Source of the DNA: Perkinsus olseni
Lineage: Eukaryota
NCBI GenBank assembly: GCA_013115125.1
Contig: JABANN010000401.1
Span: 1 to 32,534, forward strand
Length of the DNA: 32,534 nucleotides
Reading direction: 5' to 3'
The translations under genes and the position numbers were made by a program. Shown here in pieces: positions 23,011 to 32,534 of this stretch; within the stretch, counting starts at the first letter, position 1; each line of letters begins with the position of its first letter. Under the pieces are notes generated by a model that saw only the letters and a program-made list of their open reading frames with translations, was not told the DNA's origin and searched no databases.

Positions 23011-23499
23011 AATTTTACTGACCTGTTTTGTATCATCATCATAATCGTCATCATCCTTTTGTCGTCAAGACGTTCGCACTGCTCAGGGAAGAGTACAGGT
23101 CTCTGCGACCATTCCCTAGACGTTACCGCAGGCGCCGTACTACCTTACCCAACCCAATTTTTCTGAACTTTCATCACGGTCGAAGGATGTCAGTATTAGA
23201 ACATCATTTGCTTACTCATCATTGTAGTCTATTACCACACAGAATGACCTACAAAAACAACTTCGTGACCAACCACTGTGTTCTGCGTTTACTAGGAGAG
23301 TCTTCCCCCCCGGGCAAAACTGCGAACGCAAATATCCAAAGGAAGGCATGCACATCGTCAAGGGCTAGTTTCAGTGCATAGCCGCCGTCGCCGTTGCGGA
23401 CGAGGAAAGTAAGCTCCTCGGCCTTCTTGGACGAATATGTCGCACCATGTATGCCCTTCTTCACAAACGTTTTCCGGCCTTCCTTCATGAGCGGCGCAT

Positions 23500-24910
23500 T
23501 CGTGTATGTGAGTGAGTTGAGAGCCCAACGTCTACGACAGTACGGCTAGACTAGTTAGACTAGCACCACCGACGTACCTCCCTAAGGGGGATTAGTTCAG
23601 CCTGTTGAATAGGCCCTGTTCATGAAGCCAAACAACGTTGCTCTCAGAACAAGGCCATCGTCAGCTGGGGAATGTTCTTTCCTCCTGGCAGAATCCGCTT
23701 CCCACAGCTGCGGGAGCTGAGCACTACCACGAAACACTAGCCCATCCCGCAGTGTGTCGACCACAAGCATCATCTCCGAGACTCGAAAAAGTCCATACCC
23801 TGGCTTAGACTCCCTCTTACCGAAAGCTGACATTCTTACTGGCAGAGGCATGAATCTCATGTCATCCCCTCGTGTTATGCATTCGTGAAGCGATAAACTT
23901 GTCTGTCCGTTTAAAATCGGGATACATCGGTGCTCATCTAACTAAGCCGATATCCGACGTTGGGCTTTAAACTCTCACAAAAAGGCAAGTATCTGATTCA
24001 CCCCCATAGAAAAGCATGCACATCATCAATGGTTGCTTCGCCATGGTCGTTGGATGTTCTCATTCTAGTAGCCAAAGTACAGACTGTAAGATTCCCTTCG
24101 CTGACTACTGTTATATGGTTCTTGGCCTGATCTGGTTGCGGGACATAAGGAGACAGCTGAAGAGTAGAAGATCAACAACACTCGGGAGGCCTCCTTCCAC
24201 TCACCGCCTTCATCGCTTGCTTTATGTGGGCGACGCCCCTCGCCACAGCATCGTTATGAACTACGAGAAGTCTGCTGCTTTTCAGTGCCTGCAGAGCATC
24301 GTCGTCGCTCGCCCCTCGACTGAGTTAACCCTTGCCTGAGGCATCGCTTGATTCACCGGTTTAACGAGGAAGGTCGCATCAGCAGCGTCCTCTGCACGAT
24401 GGAGGGCGTCCTGAACCAACACTGTGAGTGTTGCTGTGGAGAAGTCGTCGTTCCACCTGTATATCACTATTAGCATTTTCCATAGCATCGCCCTGACCCC
24501 AGCATCGTAACGCGTTACCAACACCCGACTCCTTCAAGGGTAGCAAATCTCCTGGCAGGTCGGCAAAGTGGCGCAAATACTCATGTAAAACCATTAGGCT
24601 TCTGAGGGGTGCCGACGTGGAACAAAACGAGCAAGCGAGGGATAGACTTCGGAAGAGGCTTTTTGAATGGACCGGTGATTGGACGAACTGCCAGCTTTAC
24701 CAGCAACACCCCCGAGGTTCTGCGGATTCTGCCGCTACGAAGAGATACCCCAGCTGACGATGGCCTTGTTCTGAGAGCAACGTTCTTCGGCTTGATGAAC
24801 AGGGCCTATTCAACAGGCTGAACTGACCCCCCTTAGGAAGGTACGTCGGTGGTGCTACTCTAACTAAGCCCTACTGTCGTAGACGTTGGACTCTAAACTC
24901 ACACACACGA
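23500..24910. mobile_element. ~1.4-kb segment bounded by ~200-bp imperfect inverted repeats (probable transposon remnant or two inverted copies of one repeat)
   Basis: 23500-23698 is the reverse complement of 24722-24910, with long identical blocks such as CAGCCTGTTGAATAGGCCCTGTTCAT and AACGTTGCTCTCAGAACAAGGCCATCGTCAGCTGGGG. No clean TSD and no intact internal ORF. Confidence 0.7.
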
Positions 24911-25273
24911 TGGGATGTGCCTGTGAGTTTATAGTCCAACGCTTGCGGTTCCGGCTTAGTTAGACTCGAAGCCGATGTGCTCAGTTGGGGACTCTCGGTA
25001 GCGTTGACATGCCGTGCAATCAGGCAGATTGTCAAGAAGCTCTCTATCGACATCACACATGGGCTAGGTGATACCGATTGATCTGCTCTCTCTGACGCGG
25101 GTCAGCTCGGCTTCGATCGTCAAGCGTCATCAGCCCTTCCACAAACTCTCATTATGACGAACCTCCAATGAACTCAACAGACTTTTATCGTGAAAATTGA
25201 GTGACAGAAAATGGAAACTCCGACCCTTACGGACCGGAGGTGTAAAATAAATCTGGATGGAGTGTCGAACGAA

Positions 25274-26509
25274 TCATTCGCTCCAACGGGCAGAACTTTT
25301 TCGACCAAAAAGCGGCCAACAGCAGATGGTCGTCTTCCTCGTACCAGAACCAACACGTTTGCTGTCTTCTTCGAGTTGCTCACGCTTGACGTTACCGTGA
25401 CGGAAGATGACGATTCCGCATAGGATGAACCCGAGGGCCATCCACTCGAACCAGGTCACCTTCGTAGCTCGTATGATAGGCCAACTTATCAGAGAGAAAA
25501 TCGCCGCCAAGGGCACCGTTAGTTTATAAGAGATGAACGTGAGGAGACTTGATCCATAGGATACAAGTAAATATATCGTGATGTTGAACAGGACATTGAT
25601 GACCATGTAGACGGCGAAAGCCTCAGGAGCGTAAGAGTTGGTAGCTAGGGCGTGGAAACCGTCGCTGAGCCTTTGAGCGGGGTCCTGGCCTGTGCGGGCC
25701 ACCTCCACGAGAATGGCGATTGGCACAACCCAAAAGACGCCAAACGTGTGATTGGAGCTGCTCACAGCGAAGGCGTCCAATGTAGTGTTCACGTAGCCCT
25801 TCCGAGTAGCATAGCGAGTGTAGTCCCTAAACATTCTCTCTTTGATTACAAACGCCAAGGCTTGAAACATGGTAGACATCAGACACACAATGGACATACC
25901 GATACTCGATGAAGCGCCGTCCGAGCCTGCCATCACCACCGAACCCACGGCCATACCCACAACGATAGCCACGCCGAATAGCTCCTGCAGAGTGTAACGC
26001 ACGGCCAAGAAAATGAGCGACCACAGTAGAGTAAAGGGGACCATCGCTTGCTGTAAGAGACTGAAAACTACGATCGAGATGTATGCCTGAGTTAGGAACA
26101 TCAGATTGTCGCCGAGGACCTCAGAAATTGACGCCAAGAACGTGTACTTGCAGCCCGGCAAGCGCTGCCATATCTTTCTCACGCCCGTAACGCCAGGATC
26201 GACCAAAGATGCGGGCCGCGGCTTCCACACCCAGTCGAGCTCCTCCCGGCTGACTCGCCCACAGAGCCGCTCGCCTCCAAGAATGGACCAGTATGACAGA
26301 AAGTAAACCACTTGGCCGATGATGTTGGTCACCAAACCCGAGTACTCGCCGAGAGTCTCTGCGCGGATCTTGCCCGTTATGGCGTTGGTCGTTCCTAAAA
26401 CTACAAGTAAGACGATGAGAACTGGGACCAGCCACACAGGCTGCCTTGGCTTCTCGTAGATGACCTCCTCTTTCTCGGCCGTCATGGCGTCGGTCTCTGA
26501 TGAGGGCAT
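25274..26509 (-). CDS. CRT-like (chloroquine-resistance-transporter-like, DMT fold) transporter, copy 2; intronless, 411 aa
   Basis: About 10 TM helices. LLQQAMVPFTLLWSLIFLAVRYTLQELFGVAIV, FQALAFVIKERMF and YMVINVLFNITIYLLVSYGSSLLTF fit the CRT-like pattern. Confidence 0.8.
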   Translation of the reverse strand: MPSSETDAMTAEKEEVIYEKPRQPVWLVPVLIVLLVVLGTTNAITGKIRAETLGEYSGLVTNIIGQVVYFLSYWSILGGERLCGRVSREELDWVWKPRPASLVDPGVTGVRKIWQRLPGCKYTFLASISEVLGDNLMFLTQAYISIVVFSLLQQAMVPFTLLWSLIFLAVRYTLQELFGVAIVVGMAVGSVVMAGSDGASSSIGMSIVCLMSTMFQALAFVIKERMFRDYTRYATRKGYVNTTLDAFAVSSSNHTFGVFWVVPIAILVEVARTGQDPAQRLSDGFHALATNSYAPEAFAVYMVINVLFNITIYLLVSYGSSLLTFISYKLTVPLAAIFSLISWPIIRATKVTWFEWMALGFILCGIVIFRHGNVKREQLEEDSKRVGSGTRKTTICCWPLFGRKSSARWSE

Positions 26510-26607
26510 TCAACTTCCGGCTCAAAACCCTACCAGGAAAACTCCACGCGCACGCGTGCCAGCTTTGCGCGATCGCGCAAGCCAGTGAGGGGATCTTCAA
26601 CAAACCA

Positions 26608-26687
26608 ACTCTGAAACTCAGAATCGATTCTGGAACCGCATTTTACGCGTAAAAATCAACTCCAGAATCGATTCTCAGTTCCAGAGT
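26608..26687. repeat. 80-bp palindromic mini-element; related degenerate copy at ~4071-4160
   Basis: 27-bp arms ACTCTGAAACTCAGAATCGATTCTGGA / TCCAGAATCGATTCTCAGTTCCAGAGT (2 mismatches) around the palindrome TTTTACGCGTAAAA. Confidence 0.8.
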
Positions 26688-26824
26688 AAATTTTTAAACG
26701 GGAGGAAAAACACAACACTCTCATCAACATGATAACCTATTTCAAAACTTGCAGCCGACACGCCACAGCAGCCACAGCTGGGCCGGCCAGCCATGAACTC
26801 CTCGCCGATTTTCGGCGACGAAGT

Positions 26825-28024
26825 TCACTCGCTCCGGACAAGGGGTGAAGAAAGCGACTGACTCTGATAACCCGGAGGGGCAGCCTTCCTTCTTTGAAAG
26901 AGAGGCCACAGGCACACCGTCTCTTCCGTAAATCCACTGCGCGCCAGTAGTCCTTCCCGGACCCCGTTGCCATGCTTAAAGATAACAACGCCGGCCATGA
27001 TCACAGCCAGAGCCAACCACTCAAATGAGTTCACAGTAGAAGCCCCAATGAGGGGCCAACTGATTAGTGATAAGAACGCTGATAATGGTACTGTTAGCTT
27101 CAAACTAACAAATGTCAATAAACTCGAACCGTAGGACACGAGAAGGTATATGGTAATATTAAAGCACAGGTTAACGACCATGTAGACCACGAACGCGTCC
27201 ATGGCATGCTTCGACCAAAGAAGCGTCTCGAAACCCGAGCGCAATTCGCCCAGGACATCACCGCCAACCCTCGCGCTTTCTACGAGATAGCAAACTGGCA
27301 GGACCCAGAGGATCCCCCACAAATGATTGGAGCTTGTCACGACAAAGATATCCAATTTCGTGGCGCGCGACCCGTGTTCTCGAGCGTGACGATCGTACGC
27401 TCTGAACATAGCTTCTTTGATGACGAACCCGAGCGCTTGAAAGGCAGTAGACGACAGACAGAGCAGAGCCATCCAAAAGCCTGCCGTGCCGCCGCCCCGA
27501 GTAGAAACAAAAACAGACGCCACCGCCATTGAAACGACCAGACCCACACCCAAGATCTCTTCCAGTATGTATCGTGATCCCAGCAGGAGCATCGACCACA
27601 GTAGAGTGAATGGGACCATGCCTTGTTGTAGGAGGTTAAAGACGATGATAGACAGATACGCCTGGGTTAAGAACATGAGATTGTCTCCAAGCACATCGCA
27701 AATCGACGACAGAAAAGTGTACTTGAAGCCCGGCAACCGAGACCACCAATTTCCTCCTCCACTGGTCCGGGTCCACACCCATCTCACTTGCTCCTCGGGA
27801 ATCCTTTTGGTTGCGTATTTCACGGCGAACACTGACCAGTAGGTAACAAAGTAAACCAGCTGGCTGAGGATGCTGGTGACGAAACCTGAGAAGTCACCGA
27901 GCGGCTCAGAACGTATCTTGCCAGTAATGACGTTGGCCGTGCCGAAGATGACCAGAATCACCATCAGAAGGGGGGTAATCCATCCTGGTTGGGACTGGCC
28001 CAGGTGTCTGCTAGAAGTGCTCAT
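26825..28024 (-). CDS. CRT-like transporter, copy 1; intronless, ~399 aa
   Basis: Clear paralog of 25274-26509 (shared RLPG.KYTFL.SI..VLGDNLMFLTQAY and FNITIYLLVSYGSSLLTF). First ATG is at 28024. Confidence 0.8.
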   Translation of the reverse strand: MSTSSRHLGQSQPGWITPLLMVILVIFGTANVITGKIRSEPLGDFSGFVTSILSQLVYFVTYWSVFAVKYATKRIPEEQVRWVWTRTSGGGNWWSRLPGFKYTFLSSICDVLGDNLMFLTQAYLSIIVFNLLQQGMVPFTLLWSMLLLGSRYILEEILGVGLVVSMAVASVFVSTRGGGTAGFWMALLCLSSTAFQALGFVIKEAMFRAYDRHAREHGSRATKLDIFVVTSSNHLWGILWVLPVCYLVESARVGGDVLGELRSGFETLLWSKHAMDAFVVYMVVNLCFNITIYLLVSYGSSLLTFVSLKLTVPLSAFLSLISWPLIGASTVNSFEWLALAVIMAGVVIFKHGNGVREGLLARSGFTEETVCLWPLFQRRKAAPPGYQSQSLSSPLVRSE

Positions 28025-28472
28025 TTTAGCCACAACAGAACTCAGCCTGCAAGGAGAGCGTCCGAGAGGGAAAACCTATCCTAAGGAGAGAAGATTGCAA
28101 GCGGCGCGTTTGACCGCTACTACTCTTCTTCCATTAATTCTTTCCGAATGCCGAACTATTTCCACAAGAAAATTCGCTTAATCTTTGGAGAGTGATCTCC
28201 TAGCGAATATGACTACCCTCAGCGAGACCTCACCGGCAACCGCTAATGCGTGCATCACCCGAACCAGCTCTGAGCACACATTCAATTCACCAGAGGGAAA
28301 ACAGCAGCCAGATAACTATTGCAACTCCCCCGCCCATCACCCGAGCGGTGGTGGAACCGTACTCTCCGAAGTTCACAAATGCCCCCGAGAACCTTTGAGC
28401 CACCTCCCTCCACGCAACCTCGGCGAGTGACAGAAGGAGTAGTTGAAATCGTGAACAGTATTATGAGCAGGG

Positions 28473-30652
28473 CTACTGCTTGGCTGACACAGATCCGTCA
28501 CGGTGCAGTGAAATTGATGGATCATCGTCATCATCTGGTACATCCAGGATAAGGGATTCCGCATGAGCTAGGTAGTACTCTGACCATTCCCTTACGCTAG
28601 AGTATAACTCGGCGAATACCTCGAAAAGATACTCAAATCGATCAACCGTTTCATAATTAGCACACATCAAAAATCGGGGTCGGATTAAGCGACCCTCCGC
28701 TGGTGCGCGTCACGTCACGCTCCGAGTCGTCGAGGAAATGCCGCCGCACACGAGGGAACTCCTCTGTTCAAAACTCCACAGTATTCTTTCAAATTTCCCA
28801 CGTGTAATAATGCCTCAACCGGGAATCGAACCCGCGCCCTTCCCTTCTATTACTTTAATCAGGCCCGCCACTATTATTATAAGCACCATCACATCCACAC
28901 GCCCTCCTCGCGGCTGATTTTCTACTCCGAATCTGGAACAAGAAACTTCGCTCCGCTGCGAATTTGCCAAAGACCAACCTCGGAATGCAGAATATGAGTT
29001 GAGCGAATCCGCTCAGGCCCACTATAGTTACGCCACGTAGAAGGAAATCATACCTACAGGAAGGAATCTTCAACTTCTTTGCCAAAACCCAGCTTCAACC
29101 TAAGATACTACCATGCCCATCGGTGGCCAGCAATCAAGAACCAAAGGAAGCCTACGTCCTCTTCCTCTGAAGGGAAGAAGTATCTGAAAATACGCGAGCC
29201 TGAATTTGAACCAACGACCATCAAATGGAGAAGCAAGTCCGAAAACGGCTAGCCCATACCTACCCAAGCATCAATCCGAAGAATCCGCACAGCACAATCA
29301 GAAGGAGAAGAACAAGCACGGTGCACTAAAAACAACCACCACCATCATGTCACTCCCTCGCAAGAAGCTCCAATTCGGTTCGACTAATTTTCCCAGCTGT
29401 ACGACGAAGCGAACTGATCGTCATTCGCACTCGACACTCGGGAGGCGAGATCACGAGCGAGCCCATTCCCTGTTACTACCAGACCGACAATAACAGGGTT
29501 CGTCAACAAACCAGCAAACCACGTCCGTTTAAACTTATATTTGTATCTGATCAGGAACCAATCGGAGACGCTGGCGCTGGAAGGAAGAGCTGTGAAGTGA
29601 TTACACGAAACCCTAGGTTCGGCTCAGGCCCAGACATAGAGCGCCACGGCTCCTCAGCTCGAGTAGTCACAAGAACATTCAGACCGGACAAGGCGAGGTG
29701 ACCAGATTTCTCAAACGGCTTTTCTACAGCGAGACAGTAGGCGATAAGATCACTCCCCTCGCGCTCCACTAAGACCCTCACAACGAACGCACGCTGAGCA
29801 GCGCTGCAAAACCGACCACAGGAATTGAAATCGGGTGAATTTATCTTGTCGATAAGTGCCGAAGATGGCTCTGTAAAATGCTTCCCGATTTGATAAAATC
29901 AATTCTGCACTATGAAAGTCGAGCGGTCCGCCGAGTCCTTACTTGCAGGTTTGACATTGAAAGAAATTGTCACGATTGGTTGCAACTTTACGCCATTGAT
30001 TGAGGCACTCAACATGGACGTATTTCATAGACCCTGAAAACGACACATTCCAACCATTGTACTTGATTCGGGCCTTTCACTTATGGATGGAGTCAGTGAT
30101 GCAATCCATAAGTAAAAGGCCTCACGTCTTCGATGGTGACACCATCAAGAACGGCGGAGGATTCTCTAGGGGGCCTCACAGAGATCCATTTTACGGGGGA
30201 AAATTTTTCCCTCCCAGCACGATAAGTGGTACGCGATATCATGAGGAGAGGGTACTCCTTCGAAAACTTCAATCAGTCAAACGCGGGTTGTGGTCCTCGA
30301 AAAATTCTTCCAGGTGGTATCGAGACCGAAAAGTTCCGCAAATTACTATAGTAAAGATACCGGGCCGAAGTGCGTGTGCAAGTTGCACAGCGCAACTCGC
30401 AATGTATCACTCCCATGTGCATGACCATCATAGAAAAGAATCCCAATCACTACCTTTACACCGACAGGGCGAAATCAGTCTACCGTCCGCCGCGGTTCCG
30501 GAACATATTCGACAGACTTTTTCCTCAGTCGGAGCGGATCGCTCTAAGATCGATTCATACAGCCGAGTTAGATACTGCCGGGCCTCGGCTTGAGCCATCG
30601 AGTGAGCGTAGACATCTCCGAGAGTACTCCGCGTTTCCGCTGAAGTTCGCAT
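28473..30652 (-). CDS. RING-CH (MARCH-type, C4HC3) membrane E3 ubiquitin ligase; 8 exons
   Basis: Exons 30454-(30598 or 30652), 29943-30033, 29480-29546, 29264-29325, 29112-29183, 28979-29053, 28854-28932, 28473-28619 give CRICSGTAADGRLISPCRCKGSMKYVHVECLNQWRKVATNRDNFFQCQTCKYKY, then about 3 TM segments and an acidic tail. Start codon uncertain. Confidence 0.88.
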
Positions 30653-31011
30653 GTTCGACGATGAGAAAAAGTGCTAAATGAAATATCTATTCTGCAGCAA
30701 TCCCGGGCTTGTGTCGCCTTCCTTGTCCACTCTCCTGAAATAGAAGCACTTTAAGTTTGAGAATTCAGTTTGACATCTAGTGTGTTGAACACAGGGTCCA
30801 TCCTTCCCACAGTGCATAACTGAGCTTACTGTGGGAAGTTCTATAGAAAAGCAAGTACATCGCTTCCAACACAAGCATCTGGTTATGGAAAAGGGCCGTC
30901 CTTCAGTGTGTAAAAGGCAGACCAGCCGATCGCCAGCAGCTGCTGCTCGACATAGAACTAAGGCATACTGTAGAACTCAATGAATTGTCGCTTCGTTCGT
31001 AGGGTGAAGTA

Positions 31012-31271
31012 CAAAATCCAAGGGAAAGTTACAAAATCCAAGGAAGCGCGTGCGGCAGGGAGGCAAAAGCAACAGAAAAAAAACCTGAACTGCGGGTGAA
31101 GGCAGGAACGAGAAACCCGAAACCCCTCCCGAAACCCGACAGGGCAACCCGATCCCGGAACTGTTACCCAGGCCCTGGGTCCCAGGGCCACCAGAAACCG
31201 GAACTATTACCGTGGGCAACACGATCCCCGGAAGTGCCTCCTTGGATTTTATACCTTTCCCTTGGATTTTG
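31012..31271. mobile_element. MITE-like element with ~38-bp imperfect inverted repeats built from doubled AAAATCCAAGG units
   Basis: 31012-31049 CAAAATCCAAGGGAAAGTTACAAAATCCAAGGAAGCGC is inverted at 31234-31271. The interior has repeated GGGCAAC..GATCCC / CCGGAACT motifs. Exact ends and TSD not resolved. Confidence 0.6.
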
Positions 31272-32534
31272 GGAATTACCCCTTCGTACGTGGTCGTACG
31301 CGGAGGAGATAGGCGCATTCTGTTTGGCGCGCGCCCTGAAATTCGTGACGACGACACCGCACGGGTAAATTCATATTCTCAAGGAAGTTACTGAATTCTC
31401 AAGGATGAAAATCCCGCTCGCCCGCGGTTTCACACTCAAGGAGGTCACCTAATCCTTAAGGAGAGTTGCGTTGCCTTGGGTTCCCTTCCGGGATCGAGTT
31501 GCCTCGGGTTCCGAGGCTGCCTTCGGGATAGTGATAGACAGATTTGTCTCTTCTTCCCTGCCGCAGGGTCGCGGAGCTCCTCCGGAGGAACTTCGCCAAA
31601 CCGCGAGAGACGACATTACTGGCACCCCTGGCGGGCAAACACTTATCACTGCGTACTTTCCGAGGGTTCCGCCCGGTCCAAGGTGACTCACCTTAGGTGA
31701 GGAGGCATCTGATTTGAAGCTTCTATGCGTCATAGGCTATGACTCATAGCCTTCACCCAGGTTGGGTGCGCCAGGTCGAGCAGCGCAAATATCGAAATTC
31801 AATTTCCGCGCGACATCTCATGGTGGTTTGCTCAGGAGGAGCTTCGCAAGCTCCTAGAGAAGTAATCCGGCTTCCTGCCGCACTACTCATTCTTTCTTCT
31901 CAGATACAGGATAAATCCAGTCAGCTTTACCACTCGATAGCGTTACCGGCCGCCGAAGCTGTGATGGTTGAGCTTCCCCTGAGCACGCCTTGACAATGTC
32001 AAGTTGACATGAGGATGCTCTGTATCCCCGTACATCTCCTGAATTAGGTGTCCTAATGATACACGAGTCGTGTAACACGACTAGTATACCGCCGGTATAA
32101 TACCATAGGCTTAACATTTTGGATGCGTGTTTCGATATGACGGGACCGTCCCATGAATGACGAGGCGGATTTCGCCGAGTGCACCGTGCTCAGGCTGAGC
32201 AGCTCAGCACGTCGACGTGGCCACCAATTTATTGGTCTGCGTTTGTGAGCGTCGTCGCACTAACAATGCGGCTGCAGCATTACCCTTGGTGGTAAGGCGC
32301 CGGGTTTGCCAAAAACCATAAACTGTCGCGCAAGCGACACATCAGCGAGCCTGGGCAGGGCCCCGGGCGAGCGCACAAATCCCCCGGCGACGACCGGCTC
32401 TAAGGAAAAACCGACCAGAACTACCCCCTTTTTTCTAACCTACCCGTTCAAATCGACTCAAACCGATGCGTCTCTCGGCGCATAGTTGTGTTATCTTGGG
32501 CGAGCGATACTATTGTTCACATTTGATAGTCTTA

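Noticed and set aside
23249-23488. 79-aa minus-strand ORF next to the inverted repeat
   Set aside because: No homology I can recognise. It may be a gene fragment but cannot be supported.
24745-24800. Hammerhead ribozyme suggested by CTGACGA
   Set aside because: No GAAA after a stem II and no matching stems I/III.
30000-30593. 197-aa plus-strand ORF
   Set aside because: Antisense to RING-CH exons, non-ATG start, no domain.
32350-32402. Second copy of the hAT MITE end (GGGCCCCGGGCGAGCGCACA)
   Set aside because: Only loose similarity to the MITE interior, with no matching TIR or TSD in the window.
1-32534. Spliced-leader RNA gene or relict SL (CCGTAGCCAT..GGCTCAAG), rRNA, prokaryotic operons or defence systems
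   Set aside because: No convincing match seen by eye, and all genes are eukaryotic in structure.

Overview
Eukaryotic, gene-dense genomic DNA with many very short (about 40-55 nt) GT-AG introns. Gene content and intron style suggest an alveolate protist, most likely Perkinsus (inference, not verified). By manual splicing I reconstruct 10 protein genes: the 3' part of a POT/PTR peptide transporter (+); a divergent CFIm25/NUDT21-like gene (-); a 14-exon branched-chain 2-oxoacid dehydrogenase E2 with two lipoyl domains (-); a SAM-like + KNTF-motif + CCCH zinc-finger protein (-); NatC auxiliary subunit MAK10/NAA35 (-); a DMT-fold transporter (+); a Mei2-like RRM protein (+); two tandem CRT-like transporters (-); and a RING-CH membrane E3 ligase (-). 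Introns and intergenic DNA hold many small elements: a hAT-type MITE with perfect TIRs and an 8-bp TSD, a Helitron-like 3' end, tRNA-derived fragments, palindromic mini-elements, a 31-bp minisatellite and a 1.4-kb segment bounded by ~200-bp inverted repeats. The most striking unexplained signal is a 7-copy family of 60-90 nt elements with conserved boxes, variable spacers and a conserved G-U-tolerant stem. Exon coordinates were read by eye and checked for phase consistency. Family assignments rest on motif recognition, not database searches.
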